Shown in pieces: positions 7,980-18,098 of a DNA stretch of 40,782 nucleotides. Location of the stretch: the IMG/VR virus record IMGVR_UViG_3300017700_000448, positions 1 to 40,782 of that record; one strand, given 5' to 3'. The DNA is from a virus. Lineage: Duplodnaviria; Caudoviricetes. The notes under the pieces were generated by a model. It was not told the origin of the DNA, ran no database searches, and saw only the letters and a list, made by a program, of their open reading frames with translations. Every line of letters starts with the position of its first letter. The stretch's first letter is position 1. Position numbers and translations under genes: made by a program.

Positions 7980-10063
7980 CAGTAGGGTCCTTGCTGGGTG
8001 GAGCCGAGGCCAGAAGCTTCCATCCGCTCCTGAACCGCCATCCACCGGTTACGTTCGTCCGCAGCCATGTTGGCTTCGTCGCGTTCCATGCGGCCTTCGT
8101 TGCGCTCGACTTGGTTGCTGGCCACGCTTCCAAGGACGCCAAACTGACGGTTGCCGTCCAGCGCCCCGCGAAGGGTCCCGGCCCATTCGGGGCGGTTCGC
8201 CATCGCCGCCGTGAACAGACGGTTGCCGGTGCGGTTGTAGGGGATGGCCCCGAAGGCCAGAGCGCCCACCGCCCACGGGTTCACGCTGATGTTCAGCGAC
8301 TGGTTGAGGAACGCCGCCCCGAGGCCCGCCGTAATGACGCCCCGCGTTGCGGTGCCGCTGTCGTTGACGGTGCGGGCCATGATTTCCCCGGCGTCTTGCG
8401 ACAGGTCCATGAACAGCGCATCCCCGCGAGCCGCCGCCCGGCGACGGACGGAGGGGTCCGCGTTCCGGGCGGCGGTGTTCAGCTGCTCTGGGGTGAAGCG
8501 ACCGCGAGCGCCCGCCGGGGCGCGGTTCGCGGCGTCCTCAAGGACCGCTAGTTGGCGATAGGCGTCGTTGATGCCCGTGAGCCGTTCAGCGTGTGCCGGG
8601 TTACCGCGAGCGAGCATGTCGCGCAGTTGAGCCTGCACTTCACGCACGGCATTAGCATAGCGCCGATCATGGGGGCTTGCAAGGCCGGTTGAGAAGTCAC
8701 GAACTTCCCGGCCCAGAATGCTCTCCAACTCCTTGAAGCTTTCACCAGTGATACGTCCATTCGCGGGTCCCATCGCAGCGTTGAAACGAGGGGCAATCTC
8801 GTTCATGATCAGCCGTTCGAACATTTCGGCTTGTGGGGCTTGCATATTCCGCGCCGATGCCCGCAGCGCGTTGAATTCCTGGGCGAATTGCTGGTCCAGC
8901 CGAACGTCCAGTTGGGGGATGAGTTCGTCGTAGGCGTCTCCGACCGCACGTTGCGTGTAGTCGATGATTTCGTGGCCGGTCTGCAGGTTGCGCGGCAACT
9001 CGACCCCGATGGAAGTCAGGGGCCGTTGCGCGGCCACACGGACCACGCTTTCCTGCGCCCGGCGTTGGGCGGCGTTGGGCAGTTCCCCGATGCCGGGAAC
9101 GCCCGTGGTGGCGTCTTCGAGGCGGTGGGCGAGGCCCCCGGCCAGTTGGCCCGGCGACAGTTCCACGCCCTCGTCGAGAAGGCGGCGGGTGGGAGCCGCG
9201 ATCTGCGGGTCGATCATCGCGCCGAGGCCCCGGAGGGCGACGTCGCTCCCCTTGCCGACGACCGCGCCGATGGCCGTATCGCGGGCCAGACCCATGGCGT
9301 CGTCAGCGTTGGACGACAGCGCCCCTTCGCCCGCGCCCACGAGCCACGGATTGCGGGTGGCCAGAGCAAGAGGGGCCGTCGCCGCCACCGCCCCGGCCAG
9401 TTGACCGCCGCGACCGGGCCGCGCACCGGCTTGCCGCGACAGGGCTTCCAGTTCGTCGTAGCCTTCTTGCGTGGCGTACCGGGTGTTCTCCAGTCGCCAG
9501 TCGTGGAACCCTTCGTCCCAGCCTTCGCCGCCCAGCGCGCCTTCAACCGCTTGAACGCCGTTCTCCAGCCAGTTCATCGTGTTGATGGCCGGGCGAGCCG
9601 CGCCGACGTAAACCCCGTACAGGTCGTCCGCCTTGCGTTGGGTCCGACCCTCCCGGTCGATGTAGGTGACGCCCCGTTCGATCAGGTCTTGGATTTGCTC
9701 ATCCGGCATGTTCTCGGGGATGACGAACGGGTTCTCGTTCGTGCCGGGCGGGAAGTTGGGGTTGATCTGCCCCGCGTTGACCTGATCGGCCCAAGCTTGA
9801 GCCTGCGCCTCGTTGACGCCCTGCCAGCTGTTGCGGTAGTCGATGTTGCCATCGCCGTCGTTGTCGTTCCAGCGCGTCCCATCGGAAGCCGTGGCGGGGT
9901 CGGGCGCATCGGCGGCGGGCGCTCCCTCGGCCCCCGGAGCCGCTTGGGCTTCCTGATCGACGGGGTAAGCTTCCGCCATGGCCCGCGAAATCGTGGCGTC
10001 ATCCGTTCCGGCCGGGAATTCGTTTTCGACCCCATCGGGTCCGACGACGATAATCGGGTCCAT
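7979..10063 (-). CDS. internal virion/DNA ejection protein (P22 gp16-like position)
   Basis: Ala/Gly-rich hydrophobic segments, GVELSPGQLAG and DSGTATR motifs, synteny with the other ejection genes. Confidence 0.7.
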   Translation of the reverse strand: MDPIIVVGPDGVENEFPAGTDDATISRAMAEAYPVDQEAQAAPGAEGAPAADAPDPATASDGTRWNDNDGDGNIDYRNSWQGVNEAQAQAWADQVNAGQINPNFPPGTNENPFVIPENMPDEQIQDLIERGVTYIDREGRTQRKADDLYGVYVGAARPAINTMNWLENGVQAVEGALGGEGWDEGFHDWRLENTRYATQEGYDELEALSRQAGARPGRGGQLAGAVAATAPLALATRNPWLVGAGEGALSSNADDAMGLARDTAIGAVVGKGSDVALRGLGAMIDPQIAAPTRRLLDEGVELSPGQLAGGLAHRLEDATTGVPGIGELPNAAQRRAQESVVRVAAQRPLTSIGVELPRNLQTGHEIIDYTQRAVGDAYDELIPQLDVRLDQQFAQEFNALRASARNMQAPQAEMFERLIMNEIAPRFNAAMGPANGRITGESFKELESILGREVRDFSTGLASPHDRRYANAVREVQAQLRDMLARGNPAHAERLTGINDAYRQLAVLEDAANRAPAGARGRFTPEQLNTAARNADPSVRRRAAARGDALFMDLSQDAGEIMARTVNDSGTATRGVITAGLGAAFLNQSLNISVNPWAVGALAFGAIPYNRTGNRLFTAAMANRPEWAGTLRGALDGNRQFGVLGSVASNQVERNEGRMERDEANMAADERNRWMAVQERMEASGLGSTQQGPY

Positions 10064-12055
10064 CTATTCGAGCCTTTGCGTCTGCGGGTTCCACCGACGA
10101 CGTTGCGGTGCACCCTGACGAGCCGGGGGCGCTTGGGGGCGAGGGGCAGGGGCCGCGCCACCGCCACCTTGACGGGTCGGGGCCGGGCGGTCGAACCACT
10201 GACGCCACGGGGTAACGCGACGAACGCGGGGCATCCCGTGGGTCCCCTCTTCGAACAGCGGGTTGGCTTGGGCGTAGCGGCTCCATTCTTCGGAGGCCCC
10301 CAGCAGGTTCCCGTTGTCCCGCGCCCACTGTTCCATGAAGGCCAGATAGTCGCCTTGACGGCCACCCCACGCTTGCATCGCGGCGATGGCCGCAAGGTTC
10401 GCCTCGCGGGGCTTGTCGATGGAGGGGGTCGCGCTCCGGAACATGGCGACGTCGCGGTCGGACGCCGCGCCCGGCAGACCCTGGCGCATTCCGGGCGTCA
10501 TTTGGTCGGTCAGGGCCATGAAGCGCCGGACCTCCGGGTTGACCGCCCCGATGACCGTTCCGGCCCCCGGCATCGCCATCATCCCGCCCGTGTCAAGGTT
10601 GCGGGCCAGCGGCTCCATCTGCGCCGCGAGGTTCGCGATGCCCTGACCTTGGGCGGCTTCGGTGCGCAGCTTGACGAGGAACGCCCCGTCTTGCGGTGAC
10701 ATACGACCCGGCTGACCGCCGTTCGCGTTGCGACCGGAGGTCCCGCCCAGCACTTGCAGCTGACCGGTGGTTTCGTTGATCTGCGCCGAGGCCCCCGGCG
10801 GCAGGTTGTACTGCTGGCGTTCGGCATCGGTGATCGGGCGATACCGGGCCGGGGGAGCGCCGGTCGGCGCACGGGGTTGCGCCCGCTGGATGACTTCCAT
10901 CCCCGGAGGGGCTTCCTGCTGGGGGCCCGAAGAGGCGGGGGCCGGACCCGGTTGTCCGCCGCCGTATCCGAGGCGGAAGAAGCGGTGGCCACCAATGTCC
11001 GCCCCGGAGCCGTTGTCCCAACGCGGAGCCGGGCGACCAAGGGCGCGTTGCGCCGCCGGGGCGTAGAAGTGGTCGGCACCGTTGGTCGGGTCTTCACCGG
11101 CCAGAACCCGGTCAAGGGCGGCGGACGCCTCCTGGTATTCGGCGCTGCTGGGGTCGATGGCGGCGATGCGGCGACGGCCATCTTCGGTCATGGCCGGTTC
11201 GAACTGGCCACGCTCCGCGATGATTTCCGCACCGGTCTTGCCGGTCTGCCGGGCGCGGTTGATGATGACGGCCCCGACGGCTTGCATCCCTTGGGGTCCC
11301 TCGCCCCTCGCCTCGGCAATCATCATGCGCACTACGGCGTCCCGGTCCCCGACGATGGCTTCCGCCTCTGCAGGAGCGCCCGCCGGTCGACCACCGGTAG
11401 GGGCCGGTGCGGCACCGGAAGCGCCCCCAAAGCCCGGCACACGGTAGACGTTCTTCGTCGGGTCGAACTCTTCGTACCGATCGGCCCGGAATTGCTCGTT
11501 GATGTTGCCGCTGCGGCGGTCGAACGTGCCGACCGAGCCACCGGCTTGCCAGAGTTGGTAGCGCTGACGGGATTCTTCCACGGCCCCGGCGGTCGCCGTC
11601 AGGAACGCATCGGGGTCGGCCTCAAGCCCCGCCCGCATCTGGGCGATCTGCTCCGGGGAGGCCCCCTTGGCAACCCAGGACTGCGCGAGGGCGTCGAAGG
11701 CGGGCAGGACGGCTTGCGGCCCCTGATCGGTCAGGACGGATTGCAGGTTGGTGGCCATCGCGTCGAGGGCGTCGGCCTCCCGCTTCTCGTCTTCCAGCAT
11801 GATGGCGCGTTGACGGTCCTCTTCGGCCCGTTCGCGCTCCGTGGCGGCGATGCCCCGGTTTTCTTCGGCCCACACGCCCTGTTGGACGTTCATGGCGTCC
11901 CCGAGCAGCCCGTTGCGTTGCAGGTGCGCCATGGCGGCGTTCGGGTCGGTGGCGATCATGCCCCCGGCGCGACGTTTCGCCGCCGCGTCTGCCCACGCGT
12001 TTACCTGTTCGACGCCCCGCGCCGCCGCATTGGGGTCAAGGAGACGGAAGTCCAT
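10064..12055 (-). CDS. DNA ejection protein with SleB/Hydrolase_2 cell wall hydrolase domain
   Basis: AEARGEGPQGMQAVGAVIINR...GQFEP...DPTNGADHFY...IGGHRFF. Confidence 0.85.
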   Translation of the reverse strand: MDFRLLDPNAAARGVEQVNAWADAAAKRRAGGMIATDPNAAMAHLQRNGLLGDAMNVQQGVWAEENRGIAATERERAEEDRQRAIMLEDEKREADALDAMATNLQSVLTDQGPQAVLPAFDALAQSWVAKGASPEQIAQMRAGLEADPDAFLTATAGAVEESRQRYQLWQAGGSVGTFDRRSGNINEQFRADRYEEFDPTKNVYRVPGFGGASGAAPAPTGGRPAGAPAEAEAIVGDRDAVVRMMIAEARGEGPQGMQAVGAVIINRARQTGKTGAEIIAERGQFEPAMTEDGRRRIAAIDPSSAEYQEASAALDRVLAGEDPTNGADHFYAPAAQRALGRPAPRWDNGSGADIGGHRFFRLGYGGGQPGPAPASSGPQQEAPPGMEVIQRAQPRAPTGAPPARYRPITDAERQQYNLPPGASAQINETTGQLQVLGGTSGRNANGGQPGRMSPQDGAFLVKLRTEAAQGQGIANLAAQMEPLARNLDTGGMMAMPGAGTVIGAVNPEVRRFMALTDQMTPGMRQGLPGAASDRDVAMFRSATPSIDKPREANLAAIAAMQAWGGRQGDYLAFMEQWARDNGNLLGASEEWSRYAQANPLFEEGTHGMPRVRRVTPWRQWFDRPAPTRQGGGGAAPAPRPQAPPARQGAPQRRRWNPQTQRLE

Positions 12056-12062
12056 CTGTCAA

Positions 12063-12605
12063 TCACCCGTAGCTGGACATGCGGTCGAACGCGCCGCCGA
12101 CCTGACCGGCGATGCCCGCCCACGCATTCGCACCCGCCATCCCGGCGTTCGCTCGGTTGGTGGCGTCTTGGCCGATGGCGGCGGAGTTGGCGTTCGCAAC
12201 GCCCGCGCCGATGCCCGCCCCGGACAGGCCCATTTGGGCGATGCCCGATTGCTGGCCCCACCACTTGCCGTATTCGTCGGAGGCGGTGTCCTGCGCGTAG
12301 TTGTTGATGGCCTTCAAGGCCCCGCCCGAACGGAGCAGACCGTTGACGGCCTTCGAACCCGCCACGCCCTCGATGCCTTGGTTCAGGCGGAACTGGTAGC
12401 CCGGCGAAGTCATGAAGGCGTTGGGGTCTTGCAGACGGCCAAGAGCCGCGCCCCCGGCCTTCATATACGGGTCGACCGCGCCCCAAACGCGCTCCTGCTG
12501 GGCCTTTTGTTGGGCGAGGGCGGCGGCGGACGTCTTGGCTGCGGACTTGGCAGCCGAAGCTTGTCCCAATCCGCCGACGATGCCGCCGAGAAGTGCTCCG
12601 AACAT
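12063..12605 (-). CDS. DNA transfer protein, P22 gp7-like
   Basis: Gly/Ala-rich N-terminus, PYMKAG, SPGYQFRLNQG, GLLRSGGALKA. Confidence 0.8.
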   Translation of the reverse strand: MFGALLGGIVGGLGQASAAKSAAKTSAAALAQQKAQQERVWGAVDPYMKAGGAALGRLQDPNAFMTSPGYQFRLNQGIEGVAGSKAVNGLLRSGGALKAINNYAQDTASDEYGKWWGQQSGIAQMGLSGAGIGAGVANANSAAIGQDATNRANAGMAGANAWAGIAGQVGGAFDRMSSYG

Positions 12606-12641
12606 CAGGTCCTTCCTGTTTTGTCGGTTTTCTGATCAGGC

Positions 12642-12670
12642 AGTATACCCCGCGCCGGGGCTTACGTCAA
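12642..12670 (-). promoter_or_regulatory. sigma70-type promoter upstream of the ejection genes
   Basis: Minus strand TTGACG-N17-TATACT in the intergenic gap. Confidence 0.8.
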
Positions 12671-12678
12671 GTGGAACG

Positions 12679-13212
12679 CTAGGGCGCGATGCCTTCGTTA
12701 GCGGCGATTGACTGCTCAAGGGCGACATACCGCAGGGACAGGGCTTCCAGCGCGTCCGCGAGGGCTTGAGCGTCCGCCATCGTCGGCGGGGCCGCGAACG
12801 TGGGGGCCACATAGGGCGAATAGGGGGTGACGGGGTCCCCCGTGCCCGTGGAAATCACCCAGCCGACCTGCTGCTTGGCGTCGATGGTGATGTCGCCGCC
12901 GACCGCCCCGCCGCCTTCCAGGCCGATGCCCGCGATGATCTCGTTTTCAGCCAGCGCGTCGACGTCGGCTTGGGCACCCTCGGCCTTGCCGTCTGCCGTG
13001 ACGGCCTTCTCGTCCGCCGTGACGGCCTTATCGTCCGCTACCGACGCTGCGACCTTCGTCCCATCCACCAGATCAATATCGCCCCCGGAGCGGTTGCGGG
13101 CGCTCTCGAAGTAGCGATACCACGGGTCGGTGACGAGGCCGGTGGCCTTATCGAACAGGGGTTGGTTGATGGGCGGAAGAGTGACCTCGACCGGAACGGA
13201 GGAAAGCGCCAT
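12679..13212 (-). CDS. tail needle-like structural protein
   Basis: Follows the gp10-like gene. Heptad repeats ADDKAVT/ADEKAVT/ADGKAEG and a C-terminal coiled coil. Confidence 0.55.
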   Translation of the reverse strand: MALSSVPVEVTLPPINQPLFDKATGLVTDPWYRYFESARNRSGGDIDLVDGTKVAASVADDKAVTADEKAVTADGKAEGAQADVDALAENEIIAGIGLEGGGAVGGDITIDAKQQVGWVISTGTGDPVTPYSPYVAPTFAAPPTMADAQALADALEALSLRYVALEQSIAANEGIAP

Positions 13213-15000
13213 TTACGGCCTCCACTCATTGATCGACACCATGTAAGGGGTGAATTCCACCGGGTCGGTGCACCGGAATTCGAAGGCGCGACCGGGCGAG
13301 GGGAAGGTCCCCAGATTGGTCCATTGGGCCAGAGCCTCTTTGCCCCGGACCCCATGCGCCCCGAGGGTGCTTTCCAGCCACGGGGACCAGTTTTGGCCCA
13401 GATGGTCGCTGAACCGCATTTCGACGACCGGGGCGGACCCGTGGCCGTCCCCGAGCAAGCCCACCCCCTGCTGGCAATGGAGCGCCAGCGAGAAGTTACG
13501 CATCGTGCCGCTCTTGAGCGGCTGGAAGACCGAGCAGATGCGCTCGATGGGGTCGACATCGAGGTCCGTGAACCGCTTGCCGTCGAAGCCCATGATGCGG
13601 CCCGACAAGCTGTCGCCCATGAACCCGTCGGCATCGGCAACGCTCACCCGGAACCGGTCCATCCCCCAGGACTTCCACTCCGCCCAGAGTTTCTGGCCGA
13701 CGTTAAGCGCCCACGTTCCCTGCCCCACGATGTTGAGGACGTAGAACGTGTGTCCGCCGAAGGTGATCACGAACGCGCTGTTGGAGGCAAACTCCTCCTC
13801 GGTCTGCTTCCGGAGCAGGTCGTCAACCCGCGACGTCGACACCTTGGACGGGACTTGAGCCGCCCGGTAGACCATTCGCTCATGGCCGACGAAGAACAGG
13901 CTGTTGTCCGCCAGTTGGACGGTTTGAATGCACAGGCAGCCCTTGTCGTAAGTCCGCCCCTGCGAACGCTGATAGGGGTTGTCGGGGTCGAGGGTGGGAT
14001 AGTGCCACTCGGTGGTGAGCCTTCCAAAGATCGCCATGCCCTCACCGACGACCGCCGCCCCGATCACCGGGTCAGGGTTGGCTTCCGCCGACGCAAACGC
14101 GAGGCCCTCGATGGACCGGGCGTCGTTCACCTTGGAGTACCGGTAGAACCCGCTCGTGTCGGCGTCGAAATACACGAACCGCCCGGCCAGGAACACGACG
14201 TCCCGCACGAACGGGAGGTCGGGGTCGAGGATGCGGCTGACCTCGGTTTGGGTGACGTAATAGGCCCGGTTGCCCGCGACCACCACCACTTCCTCATCGG
14301 AAATCGCCCAGCGGAGTTCGCCGTCCAGCGGGACCTCGCCGATGTTCTCGGCATCCCGCCACACCGAAGCGCCGGACACCGTGTACCGGAACCCCTTGTG
14401 GAGGAAGGTGGCCCGCACCGGCCCCTCGCCCCGTTGGGCCACTTGGTAGAGGCCGGGACGCTCGAAGCGGCCAGTTGCCACCGGACCCTCTGGCGTGGCT
14501 TCCACATACATGTTGACGAGCCGCTGGATGAGCAGTTGCGCTCGGCCACCGTCTTGAAGCTTGAGGGGGTCGGGGACGAGGGGCGTCTCCCCGCCTTTCG
14601 CCAGAACCAGCAAGCCCATCGTCGTCATCCTCACATCTGTTTCGGTCCCGGCTAGGACCTGCATTCCCAGGCCCGCCAAGAAAGCGACTGTATACCCGAA
14701 GGGCGTCAGGGTCAAGGGCGGGAACTCCCCCTCCCCCACGGCAGCCTGCAGGACGGACCCCTCCGGGGGCGTCAGGACCAGCGGGGGCCACTCCCCCTCG
14801 CCCACCACGACCGTGCCTCCCGTACCGCCCCACGGGGCCAGCGTGAGGGCCGGGAGCGCCCCCTCCCCGGTGACTGGCGGGGCTACGTCCTCGGCAACAC
14901 TGTGGAGAACCTGTAGGTAGAAGCCCGAGACTTGCGCATCGCTCTCGGCCCCGCTGTTGAGGACCTCAATCTGTACTGCCGAAACCCTACCTTCGGCCAT
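13213..15000 (-). CDS. P22 gp10-like tail hub/DNA stabilisation protein with an N-terminal extension of about 135 aa
   Basis: RLVNMYVE...PGL, FASAEANPD, IFGRLTTEW, GHTFYVL, RFSDHLGQNWS are typical of the gp10 family. Confidence 0.8.
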   Translation of the reverse strand: MAEGRVSAVQIEVLNSGAESDAQVSGFYLQVLHSVAEDVAPPVTGEGALPALTLAPWGGTGGTVVVGEGEWPPLVLTPPEGSVLQAAVGEGEFPPLTLTPFGYTVAFLAGLGMQVLAGTETDVRMTTMGLLVLAKGGETPLVPDPLKLQDGGRAQLLIQRLVNMYVEATPEGPVATGRFERPGLYQVAQRGEGPVRATFLHKGFRYTVSGASVWRDAENIGEVPLDGELRWAISDEEVVVVAGNRAYYVTQTEVSRILDPDLPFVRDVVFLAGRFVYFDADTSGFYRYSKVNDARSIEGLAFASAEANPDPVIGAAVVGEGMAIFGRLTTEWHYPTLDPDNPYQRSQGRTYDKGCLCIQTVQLADNSLFFVGHERMVYRAAQVPSKVSTSRVDDLLRKQTEEEFASNSAFVITFGGHTFYVLNIVGQGTWALNVGQKLWAEWKSWGMDRFRVSVADADGFMGDSLSGRIMGFDGKRFTDLDVDPIERICSVFQPLKSGTMRNFSLALHCQQGVGLLGDGHGSAPVVEMRFSDHLGQNWSPWLESTLGAHGVRGKEALAQWTNLGTFPSPGRAFEFRCTDPVEFTPYMVSINEWRP

Positions 15001-15002
15001 GT

Positions 15003-16016
15003 TTACACCGTGGTTTCAGGACCCGCTTGCAGAGCATTGACCGCCGAGGCAGTCCACGCCGCAGCGGTGTTCGGGTCGGTGAGATAGAGGTCTTGCTTCT
15101 GAACGTGGGTGGCCGACAAGCCCAGCGCCGTGCCGTTGGCGTCGGTGCCGCCTGAACGTAGCCGCGCCCGAACCGCCCGCGTGGCGGCGTCATCCTTGGC
15201 CGCGAAGAACGACGTCTGAACGGCGTGGATGGTCAGGGGGGTGTAGGGGAGGTTCCCGAAGTCGTAGAGGTCCAAGTCACCCACGGTGGCCGAAGTCACA
15301 TAATCCGTCGTGACGAAGGGCAGTTCGTCCACCAGCGCGTAGTTGTCGGAACCGGTGGAACGGCCCCAATCCTTGTCGGCGGTGTCGGCGGTCGGAACCA
15401 GCGTGGTAATGCGGCTTTCGCCCAGCCGGGCGGCGGTGTTGGTCAGGTAGATATCGTCGATGGTGATACCGCCAGCGCCGGTTCCCGACATGGTGAAGCG
15501 GATTTCGTCCGCGACCGTAGTGGTAGAACCCTTCGTATCGACGCCCGAAACAGTCAGGACCGACGCACCGTTGACGTAAACGGTGCAAGCCCCGACAGTA
15601 TCGCTGATGGCAAGTTCCACTTCGATATAGAACCAAGTGTCCGAGAGAATGACCCCCGCCGCCGAGGATGCGAGGGGGGAGGCCAAGGACGTTCCTGCGG
15701 CAACAACGATGGTCCCGTCGCTTTTCGCGCCGATGGTGAACTGTCGGTTGCCCGCCGAAGTGTTGTAGCGGATGAAGTTGATGCCGGTACCGAAGCCGCC
15801 CAGCGGCATTTTGATGCCAGCGCCCAGCGCGGAAGCGTTCAGGCCCCCGGTGGAGATAACCAGTTCGCCGTTTTGGTTGCCGGGGCCGGGGCGGAACCCT
15901 TGTCCGCCGTAGCGGCCAGTTACGACATCAGGGCCAAAATACGCCCCCAGCGGATACTTGCTGGTGATGTAACTGGCGGTGAGGGCGTCGAACCCTTCCA
16001 TGAAGACGAGGGCCAT
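15003..16016 (-). CDS. concanavalin/LamG-like beta-rich virion protein, paralogue of 16441..17520
   Basis: MEGFD start, WFYIEV, VYVNG, IDDIYL, NYALVDELP. Confidence 0.6.
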   Translation of the reverse strand: MALVFMEGFDALTASYITSKYPLGAYFGPDVVTGRYGGQGFRPGPGNQNGELVISTGGLNASALGAGIKMPLGGFGTGINFIRYNTSAGNRQFTIGAKSDGTIVVAAGTSLASPLASSAAGVILSDTWFYIEVELAISDTVGACTVYVNGASVLTVSGVDTKGSTTTVADEIRFTMSGTGAGGITIDDIYLTNTAARLGESRITTLVPTADTADKDWGRSTGSDNYALVDELPFVTTDYVTSATVGDLDLYDFGNLPYTPLTIHAVQTSFFAAKDDAATRAVRARLRSGGTDANGTALGLSATHVQKQDLYLTDPNTAAAWTASAVNALQAGPETTV

Positions 16017-16027
16017 CTACTGGCTCC

Positions 16028-16441
16028 TTAGGTCAAATCGAGCGGAGCGGTCAGATGGAGCGTGAAGTCCGACCCTACGGACGTCTTGTCCGACCCGAAG
16101 TCGATGTAGCCGATCAGCTGGTCATTCGCGGCCACGCCGGTCGACTTGTAGATGACCGCACCCCGCGCCGTGATGCTGGAGGTTTCCCAGACGACGTCGT
16201 CGAAGGTGGCGACGGCCTTGTTGGCCCCGTTGTCCTGCGTGACCGTGCATGTGATGGCTTCACCCCCGGCAACGTAGCCCGTGCCGACGACTTCGTTCGT
16301 GATGTCGTCCCGGCGGTTGTGGGCGTCGACGTCCGGGGCGTAGGCCGAGGTCACCAGCATCGCCTTGAGGGTGTCGGTTTCCAGGTTGATCGGGTTGGAA
16401 AACTGGTCGAACTTGAAGCTGTTGTAGAGAACGGAGGCCAT
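16028..16441 (-). CDS. small beta-rich virion/fibre protein
   Basis: DTLKAMLVT...NEVVGTGYVAGG...ITARGAVIY...LIGYIDFGSD is a common phage structural family. TGATG start at 16441. Confidence 0.65.
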   Translation of the reverse strand: MASVLYNSFKFDQFSNPINLETDTLKAMLVTSAYAPDVDAHNRRDDITNEVVGTGYVAGGEAITCTVTQDNGANKAVATFDDVVWETSSITARGAVIYKSTGVAANDQLIGYIDFGSDKTSVGSDFTLHLTAPLDLT

Positions 16442-17520
16442 CAGACGACCCTTTCGATCTGGATAGCGGGCATGGACGTTGGCGTCCACGGGTCATTTTC
16501 GTTGCCGGGGTCAGTTTCCCAGACATCGAAGAAGTACTGGTACGCCGTTGTCGGCGCATGGGTGTCCGGGGCTTCCTCCAGCGTGGCGACCGAAAAGACG
16601 GACAGCTGGACCTCGCAGGAGCCACTGTCGGTCTTCCGCACACGGGCGAGGGGGGCCACCGCCGCCACCGACACAATGTCCACCGGGAGGGGTTGAACCG
16701 CGAACCGGGCCTGATCGCCCGTTCCCTCGGAGAAGATGTAGTCGACGTCGTCGTCCGGGGGGATTTCGTTGATCAGCGCATAGGCGTTGACGCCCGTGGT
16801 CAGGCTCCAATCCTGCGGGGGCTGGTCCGACACCGGCAGCAGATAGTGGACTTCCAGTTCGCCCAAGAAGTCGATGTCGTCCCCGGTCTGGACGAAGATG
16901 TCGTCGAACCACAGGAGATTGTACTCGACCGGAATGCTGCTGTCGAAATGCCCGATGGCGATCTGGGCAATCTCGGTGGCCCCGACCTGCGCGAAGTCAG
17001 TCGTGCCGGTGTAGGCGACGAACGCTTTCCCGTTGACCCGGACCGAGACGCCAACGCCGACCTCGACGATGGTTTCAATGTGGTTCCACGCCCCGGCGGC
17101 GATCTGGCGGGTGGACTTGGCCAGTTCAACGGGGCCGTTGACGCCCGTGGTGGAGGAAACCCGATCGAGGCCCCCGCCCATGATGTAGATGCGCCCGGTC
17201 GGTCCGACCTGAATGCTGATGTGGGAGCGGTTGCTCTCGTTGCGGAATTGCTGGATGACCGAAGCGCCCCGAACGGCGTTGAACGGCGGGATGGGGAGCC
17301 GGTCCATGAAGATGGCGCAGCCCATCCCCACTTTCGTGCCGACCTCGGTTGCCAGCGCCCGGCGACCTTGAGCGCCGATGATCGTCATGGCCAGCGAACG
17401 GCCCCCGGTGCGCGCTTGGGTTGCCGACAGGGTGAAATCGGAGGCTTCCGCCCACGCCCCGTCGTTCATGAGGTCTTCGTTGGCCCCGTATTGATCAAAC
17501 CCGTCGTACCATTCGATCAT
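16441..17520 (-). CDS. concanavalin/LamG-like beta-rich virion protein
   Basis: YDGFD start, WNHIET, VRVNG, FDDIFV, AYALINEIPP. Clear paralogue of 15003..16016. Confidence 0.6.
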   Translation of the reverse strand: MIEWYDGFDQYGANEDLMNDGAWAEASDFTLSATQARTGGRSLAMTIIGAQGRRALATEVGTKVGMGCAIFMDRLPIPPFNAVRGASVIQQFRNESNRSHISIQVGPTGRIYIMGGGLDRVSSTTGVNGPVELAKSTRQIAAGAWNHIETIVEVGVGVSVRVNGKAFVAYTGTTDFAQVGATEIAQIAIGHFDSSIPVEYNLLWFDDIFVQTGDDIDFLGELEVHYLLPVSDQPPQDWSLTTGVNAYALINEIPPDDDVDYIFSEGTGDQARFAVQPLPVDIVSVAAVAPLARVRKTDSGSCEVQLSVFSVATLEEAPDTHAPTTAYQYFFDVWETDPGNENDPWTPTSMPAIQIERVV

Positions 17521-18098
17521 CAGAGGTAGACGCCCGTTCCTGTGCGACGTTCCCCGTCGCGGCGGGTAGAAAGGGCGAGCCTAGCACGGCCCTCGCTTCG
17601 GGTCAATTCCAACGGCGTGGGCTGGCCGCTTTCCCCCAGCAGTCGCACCGCCAGCATGTTCTTGATGTGGTCCTCGTATCGACCGGACAGCGGGGCTTCC
17701 GACGAGAGGGCGAGGGAGTGGATGTCTTGCCACTGACCCATGGTTGCGTCGTACAGGTGTTGACGGGCGACCCCGGTGGTGGGGTTCACGATGGTGATGA
17801 AGGCCCCGTCTCGGGGTTGGCGCATGTCGCCGTCATCGTCCCGAACCTCGACCGGCAGGGTGATGGTGGCGTCTTCCTTGTTGAAGATGCGTTGGCCTTC
17901 TTCGGCCTCGTAGGCGGACGCGCTGTCCAAAAACTTCTCGGTGGCCCGACCGAACATGCCACCCACGATCAGGTTCTGGTACATGCCGACGAGCAGTTCC
18001 AGGCCGATTTCGGCTTGTGAAGCGTTCATGTTGATACCGGCGGCGAGAATGCCCGACCGGCGGTAGGCGGACTGGATGACTTCGCGGCAGGTGGTCAC
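17520..18098 (-). CDS. head-tail adaptor, P22 gp4-like
   Basis: TCREVIQSAYRRSGIL...GLELLVGM...LAVRL helical pattern and synteny. Confidence 0.65.
   Translation of the reverse strand: MTTCREVIQSAYRRSGILAAGINMNASQAEIGLELLVGMYQNLIVGGMFGRATEKFLDSASAYEAEEGQRIFNKEDATITLPVEVRDDDGDMRQPRDGAFITIVNPTTGVARQHLYDATMGQWQDIHSLALSSEAPLSGRYEDHIKNMLAVRLLGESGQPTPLELTRSEGRARLALSTRRDGERRTGTGVYL

Noticed and set aside
9836-9865. EF-hand-like DNDGDGNID loop in the ejection protein
   Set aside because: It is a single loop lacking the position-12 Glu in a low-complexity region, which is too weak to call.
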